NCBI GenBank assembly: GCA_964496765.1
Contig: CAZCAP010000001.1
Location: forward strand, 83,814-115,813
DNA length: 32,000 nucleotides
Direction of reading: 5' to 3'
DNA from: an uncultured archaeon
Lineage (GTDB): Archaea > Iainarchaeota > Iainarchaeia > Iainarchaeales > CSSED10-239
In this document: one piece after another, positions 27,247 to 32,000 of the stretch
Layout: each line of letters opens with the position of its first letter
Numbering within the stretch: position 1 is the first letter of the stretch
The notes under the pieces: generated by a model
What the model was told of the DNA's origin: nothing
Seen by the model: only the letters and a program-made list of their open reading frames with translations
Databases searched by the model: none
Program-made: the position numbers and the translations under genes

Positions 27247-27376
27247 TGGTGTGTAAAAAAAATTGAGTTTTTGAAAATCATTAACTAAATAACTTTCCTC
27301 AAAAAAACAATAAGTTCTAGCTTAAGCATACTAGTTTAAGAAAGATGCGAACCTTTCCAACCCTTTCTACACACCA
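27247..27376 (-). ncRNA. Candidate structured non-coding RNA, family unknown
   Basis: Perfect 9-bp closing helix TGGTGTGTA/TACACACCA (27368-27376 with 27247-27255), internal 10-bp hairpin GAAAGTTATT-TAGTT-AATGATTTTC, no ORF, TATA box TTTATAAT at 27398-27405 centred 26 nt upstream. Confidence 0.6.
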
Positions 27377-27397
27377 ATAAAATTAAGATACAGAATA

Positions 27398-27405
27398 ATT
27401 ATAAA
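27398..27405 (-). promoter_or_regulatory. TATA box of candidate ncRNA
   Basis: TTTATAAT on minus strand, centred 26 nt before the closing helix. Confidence 0.5.
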
Positions 27406-27503
27406 TCTATCGTTTAGAGATTATGCCGACTAATAGATAGTATTAAAAACAAGAAAAAAGAAATTTAATCAATAGTTACTTCAAGCTTAATTTTAACAAA
27501 AAA

Positions 27504-27585
27504 TGCAGGGTACAGGATTCGAACCTGCGAAGCACTAAGCAATGGATTTTGAGTCCATCCCCTTTGACCGCTCGGGAAACCCTGC
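27504..27585 (-). tRNA. tRNA-Leu (CAA)
   Basis: GCAGGGT/ACCCTGC acceptor, anticodon loop CTCAAAA, long variable arm, T loop TTCGAAT. Confidence 0.93.
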
Positions 27586-27737
27586 CTTAACCTCTTGCGC
27601 CAGGTTAACGAGCGCATGGTTGACATATTAATAAATAATTTATTCAGTTATTCTTAAATAATATATACATAGATACTTATTTTAATCTTTATTATTAAAA
27701 TAAAAAATAGAAAGAAGATAATAAAGTAATTATTTAC

Positions 27738-28978
27738 TTCTTCTCTGAAGTAGTAACGTTATTTGTAACCATATTTACTTTCTTCTGAAACACATAGAAA
27801 TAAACAGTAGTGGTTATATTTGTAGCAATTATAACTAGGAATGCAATAGGCAATATCATAACTGTTACAGGATTAACTATATTCATTGCAATTGGAATGG
27901 TTGCTAAAACTGCAGCAGCAAGGCCTCTTGCATGTAAAGAAAAAATAACTTCTTTGTCATTTCTAATTTCTGCATTCTCTTTAGCTAATATCTTAATAAC
28001 TAGAGATCTTGCAATTAAAGATAAAACAATAACTGCTATTGAAATCAAAAGAACCATTTGATTAATACCAGAAAAGTCAACTATTAGGCCTAAATATATA
28101 AAGAAAAAGGCTTTAATAAATAAAGATATTTCTGTTTGAAATTTGGTAATGGTCTCACTTAATACAAACTCTTTTGTTCTAAGTATCCTTGTTAATTCAG
28201 CACTGTTTCCTAGTATAATTCCAAACACAAGTGCTCCAATTGCCCCATTACCCTTTGCGAACTCAATTAAAACATAAAGTATAATTAAAAAAGATAAAGT
28301 TAAAAGATACCCATATTCCTTTGCATAATTAAAGTCTCTTAGTACCTTCATCCAAATTATCCCACCAACACCAACAATTACAATTGCAATTGCATAGGCA
28401 CCCAAGAGGTTTTGAGCAATGGATGGAATGCTTGTTGTTTTTGCTAATATTATATCAATTACAACCATTGCAATAACAACACACAATGAATCTGTAATTG
28501 CAGATTCAAGAGTTAATAATGTTTTTGTTCCTGGACTTGCTTTTGTATCCTTAATTAGAGGTATGATTACAGCAGATGATGTTCCTCCAACAATGGCTCC
28601 AATTAAGATACCATAGAGAATTGGAATTGCAAATACAAGATTTAAAAATAAAGTTATAAAAGTAACAGTGAAAATGAAAACAAGAACAGTGAAAATAGTG
28701 GTTTTACTTAGCTCCTTTAGAACCTTATAGAAATTAAGAGATAATCCACCTTCAAATAATAATATCATTAATGCAAGTGCACCCACAAAAGGAGCAAATG
28801 CTTTTAGGGTTGATAAATAGGTGTTAGAGATTAAATGCAAACCAGGCCCTATTAGAAAACCAATAACTATTAAAAATACTAAATCAGATATCTTTGTTTT
28901 TCTTAGGAATAGGTTTCCAAAGAAACCAACAAGAAAAACACCAGCAATGGATAATAATAAAATACCTGTATTAATCAT
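27738..28978 (-). CDS. CPA-family Na+/H+ (cation:proton) antiporter
   Basis: LIGPGLH, ALALMILLFEGGLSL, GGTSSAVIIPLI, ESAITDSLCVV; multi-pass. Confidence 0.88.
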
Positions 28979-29043
28979 ATTTATATGGTATAATAAAAAT
29001 ATTTATAAACACTATTAATTCAAGGAAAGATGAAGGAATTAAT

Positions 29044-30396
29044 TCATTCCTTTATTTTTCTACACTCTAGATAAAACCTTTTCTCATTTGCTTCTCCCAT
29101 TGAAAAGCTCTTTCTTGGTAAAGCACCATCAAGAACAACAGTTCTAAAGAATTGTTTTTTGGAGATTAGTGGAAGATAAAAACCACAATTTTTTTCTTTA
29201 CTTGCTAATGTTGCAAGAACCTCAGAACCATGAACATAATCTATTTTTTCTGCAAAACCATTTTGCATGAACTTGTCCAAAAATTCCTGCAAAGTTCCAA
29301 CAGGAAGATTATTTTTTGGAGGCCTTATTTTAATTAAACCACAACCTTTCTCAGAAACAAAGCCAATAACATGCTTTGTTTTTTGTTTCTCTTTCCTAAC
29401 TAACTCAATCATCTCTTCTTTAGTTAGCTTCTTCTTCATTTTAAAAGAACCTCCAAAGAAAGCTTTCATTTCTTTAATTATATCCTTATTTAAATTAAAG
29501 ATAACCCTATGTATTGCTTCAAACTCCAAAGATTCATCATGTATGTTAACAAGCTCAACAAGTGCATACCTTCTAGGGTCATTAATAATGTCTTCTTTAT
29601 TAACTGTTGTTCTCTTAATTTCTTCCCAAATAGATTTTGCAGTTGCTAAAGAATGATTTCCATCCCCCATTGCATACAACAAAAGAGGAAGATCTTCCTT
29701 AAGCTTATATTTTTTCTTAAATACTTTCTGGGTTGCTAGCTTTTCAAGTCCCTTAACTATCTTCTTTTCAAATTTCTTCTTAACAAGATACCCTTCCAGG
29801 TGTCCACCATTCTCCATAAGCTCAAAATCATAGAGCTTATCCATATCTTCTTTCTTTTCGGTTAAGATATCCACTACTTTACCTCTAGGATCATCAATTA
29901 ATACCATAACATGTGGGGATTCAATAAGAGCATCCTTTCTAATAGTGATTCTTGGAGGTAGTCTCTCTAAAATAGTGCCTTCTGTTGCTCTTATAAGCGT
30001 CTTTGAATCCCTATTATAGTCATATTTATCTAAATCTAGACAAACAACTAATCCTTTTCTTGTTTTCCCTTCTTTTATTCTTCTTTCAACATAAACAAAC
30101 CCATTATGTTCTTGAAACAAACCAGAAGATAGATATTCATTCATTGTGTTAACTATACTTGTTATTCTTTCTTCCTTATTTGGTTCTTCTAGATAGATTT
30201 CTGGATAAACCATCTTTAGGGTTGAAGGTGCATCACCAACTATTTTTTTAATATTATTCCAATAATCTGGTTCTGAGGTATATTGATCAACTGCAACCAT
30301 AGACCATTTATTAAGATCTATTCCTTTTTTAGGAAGTAGGATATCAGGAACACAAATTCCAATTTCTTCATATTTTCTAATGGGTTTTGATTTCAT
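29044..30396 (-). CDS. DUF1015 family protein
   Basis: WSMVAVDQYTSEPDYW, LYAMGDGNHSLATAKSIWEE. Confidence 0.9.
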   Translation of the reverse strand: MKSKPIRKYEEIGICVPDILLPKKGIDLNKWSMVAVDQYTSEPDYWNNIKKIVGDAPSTLKMVYPEIYLEEPNKEERITSIVNTMNEYLSSGLFQEHNGFVYVERRIKEGKTRKGLVVCLDLDKYDYNRDSKTLIRATEGTILERLPPRITIRKDALIESPHVMVLIDDPRGKVVDILTEKKEDMDKLYDFELMENGGHLEGYLVKKKFEKKIVKGLEKLATQKVFKKKYKLKEDLPLLLYAMGDGNHSLATAKSIWEEIKRTTVNKEDIINDPRRYALVELVNIHDESLEFEAIHRVIFNLNKDIIKEMKAFFGGSFKMKKKLTKEEMIELVRKEKQKTKHVIGFVSEKGCGLIKIRPPKNNLPVGTLQEFLDKFMQNGFAEKIDYVHGSEVLATLASKEKNCGFYLPLISKKQFFRTVVLDGALPRKSFSMGEANEKRFYLECRKIKE

Positions 30397-30516
30397 TTGT
30401 TTTCAACTCCTTGTTTCTTATTCATAGTTAGTTATATATAAGTTAGAATAATAGGGAAAATAAGTAAAATAATAGTAGAAGAATAAGTTTAAATAAGCTT
30501 CTTTCATATACTTATG

Positions 30517-30909
30517 TTAATCATTATCAATAACAGCGTCTGCTTCTATTTCAACTTCCCAATCAGGATTAATAAAAGCTTTAACTTCAACGAATGTGCA
30601 AACTGGTTGAATTTTTAAGAAATATTCACCATGTGCTTTTGCTACCACTTTCCATTTCGTGATGTCTTTTAGATATATTCTTGTTCTAATAACATCTTCT
30701 AGTCTTCCGTTTGCTTTTTCAAGAGCATCCTTAATTATTTCAAGACAGCGAATTGATTGATTGTAAGCATCACCAGGATAACAAGTAGAACCATCTTCTG
30801 AAATTGGAGCTGTTCCACTAATTGCTATTATGTTTCCAATTCTTGTAGCTCTTGAGAAACCAATCTCTTTTTCCAAAGGTTGATTATAAATTATATTTTT
30901 TCTAATCAT
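30517..30909 (-). CDS. RidA/YjgF/UK114 family protein (start likely MIRKNIIYNQ; ORF extends to a GTG at 30975)
   Basis: ISGTAPISEDG, QSIRCLEIIKDALEKANGRLEDVIRTRIYLKD, VEIEADAVI. Confidence 0.88.
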   Translation of the reverse strand: MIRKNIIYNQPLEKEIGFSRATRIGNIIAISGTAPISEDGSTCYPGDAYNQSIRCLEIIKDALEKANGRLEDVIRTRIYLKDITKWKVVAKAHGEYFLKIQPVCTFVEVKAFINPDWEVEIEADAVIDND

Positions 30910-30972
30910 ACAATCATCAAATTGTAAATTTTTTTTTCCTGAGGATTTTTTTCTCAAGAAAGAAAGACTAGA

Positions 30973-30992
30973 CACAGAGGACGGGATTCGAA
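30973..30992 (-). repeat. Duplicated 3' end of tRNA-Ser (T loop to 3' terminus only)
   Basis: cAcagaggacgggattcgaa matches cGcagaggacgggattcgaa at 31946-31965 with one mismatch; no matching 5' half upstream. Confidence 0.8.
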
Positions 30993-31097
30993 ACTACAGA
31001 TTATAACCTCACGAACCATAACGAATATATATTCAATACCTTTAAAAACATTTCCTAACATAATATGAATATAGATTCAAAATAAAGGAGGAATTTT

Positions 31098-31229
31098 ATG
31101 CCAAATAAAGATGGAACAGGACCAGAAGGAAAAGGATCACAAACAGGTAGAGCACAAGGTAATTGTAATCCAAATAAAAATCAAACAATTACTAAAGGTT
31201 TGGGACTTAGAAAAAGAGCTACCCAATAA
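31098..31229 (+). CDS. DUF5320-like small protein
   Basis: MPNKDGNGTGPEGKGSQTGRAQGNCNPNKNQTITKGLGLRKRATQ preceded by strong AAGGAGG SD (7 nt upstream). Confidence 0.75.
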   Translation: MPNKDGTGPEGKGSQTGRAQGNCNPNKNQTITKGLGLRKRATQ

Positions 31230-31242
31230 AGTAGCCCTTTTT
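31218..31242 (+). terminator. Possible intrinsic terminator
   Basis: GCTAC-ccaataaa-GTAGC followed by cc + T run; 5-bp stem only. Confidence 0.35.
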
Positions 31243-31288
31243 ATTTCTTTTCTTTTTTATATATTTAATCAAATAAAGGAATAAAAAT

Positions 31289-31636
31289 ATGAAACTATTA
31301 ATTTCATTGAACAATAATAATGGCAGGATGTCAGAATTAAGTAATCATTTTGGGGGTTGTGCCTATTATGCAATATACAATACCACAAACGAAAAGCTTG
31401 AAATAATTAAAAACACCATAGATCACTCCAATAACAAGGACCCTTTTACTAATCAAATATTGAAATTAGATATTGATTGCGTATTTAGTTTAGGTATGGG
31501 AAAGAAAGCAATTGATTTATTTAAACAAAACAATATATTATTAAAAACAGGAAAATACACCACACTCGCAGAAGTTATAAATAACATAGATAACCTGGAA
31601 CCAATTACAATGGCTTGTAACCATTTAAATGATTAA
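31289..31636 (+). CDS. NifX/NifB-type dinitrogenase iron-molybdenum cofactor family protein
   Basis: RMSELSNHFGGCAYYAIYNTTNEKLEIIKN...VFSLGMGKKAIDLFKQNNILLKTG. Confidence 0.85.
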   Translation: MKLLISLNNNNGRMSELSNHFGGCAYYAIYNTTNEKLEIIKNTIDHSNNKDPFTNQILKLDIDCVFSLGMGKKAIDLFKQNNILLKTGKYTTLAEVINNIDNLEPITMACNHLND

Positions 31637-31638
31637 AT

Positions 31639-31938
31639 ATGCCTAGACCAAGAAGATGTAGACGAATAAGTAACAAACCAGACATTACTTATTTTAAACC
31701 AGCTGGAATTCCAATTAGGGAATTAAAAGAAAATAAAATAAGTTTAGTTGAATTAGAGGCAATAAGATTAAAAGATGTTCTTGAATTAGACCAAAAAGAT
31801 TGTGCAGAAAAAATGAATATATCCCAGCCTACTTTTCATAGATTAATAATAGAAGCAAGAAAAAAGATTGCAGACGCACTGGTTAATGGAAAAGCAATAA
31901 AATTAGAAGATAAAAAAGACTATATTTTTTCAAAATAA
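31639..31938 (+). CDS. DUF134 family DNA-binding-like protein
   Basis: MPRPRRCRRISNKPDITYFKPAGIP...LVELEAIRLKDVLELDQKDCAEKMNISQPTFHRLI. Confidence 0.92.
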   Translation: MPRPRRCRRISNKPDITYFKPAGIPIRELKENKISLVELEAIRLKDVLELDQKDCAEKMNISQPTFHRLIIEARKKIADALVNGKAIKLEDKKDYIFSK

Positions 31939-31945
31939 TTAAAAA

Positions 31946-32000
31946 CGCAGAGGACGGGATTCGAACCCGTGTAGTCTTTCGACTCTAGCTTAGCAGGCTA
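31946..32000 (-). tRNA. tRNA-Ser (GCT), 5' part beyond the window
   Basis: Anticodon loop CTGCTAA, variable arm AGTC-GAAA-GACT, T arm ACGGG TTCGAAT CCCGT, discriminator G. Confidence 0.88.

Noticed and set aside
30910-30975. N-terminal extension of RidA (MSSLSFLRKKSSGKK...) starting at GTG
   Set aside because: The start lies at the edge of the duplicated tRNA fragment and the extension is not typical for RidA; an ATG at 30909 fits better. The ORF overlap with the repeat is therefore likely artefactual.
1-32000. CRISPR array, transposase, toxin-antitoxin or phage module
   Set aside because: No regularly spaced repeats, transposase/integrase motifs or phage structural genes were recognised. 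The nucleotidyltransferase-like ORF at 5493-5972 lacks an adjacent HEPN partner, so it was not called a MNT/HEPN toxin-antitoxin.

Overview
AT-rich archaeal chromosomal window, probably from a DPANN-like lineage with a small genome (inference from gene content). It contains a 16S rRNA gene with no adjacent 23S, RNase P RNA, SRP RNA and five tRNAs (Ala, Glu, Gly, Leu, and a partial Ser). Protein-coding genes include thymidine kinase, eL41-like and eL40-like ribosomal proteins, FEN1, two HIT proteins, an AmmeMemoRadiSam pair, a site-2 protease, a thioredoxin-CcdA/DsbD-like protein, a polyamine/hypusine-type cluster (PLP decarboxylase, ureohydrolase, deoxyhypusine synthase), PspC, Nudix, a DEDD exonuclease, FtsZ, a bacterial-type ThrRS, a CPA antiporter, DUF1015, RidA, and a DUF5320-like/NifX/DUF134 trio. 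The observations most worth following up are: (1) a ~130 nt minus-strand candidate ncRNA at 27247-27376 with a 9-bp closing helix and a TATA box 26 nt upstream; (2) a duplicated tRNA-Ser 3' end bounding the ~1 kb DUF5320/NifX/DUF134 segment, as expected for tRNA-targeted insertion; (3) three dispersed divergent proteins sharing an HxH...LPSxxD motif that resembles a JAMM metalloprotease core; (4) a compact arginine/agmatine-hypusine-like cluster whose fold-III decarboxylase lacks the usual active-site Cys; (5) a membrane-anchored Memo-AMMECR1 fusion coupled to its radical SAM partner. No CRISPR array, transposon or obvious defence system was seen.
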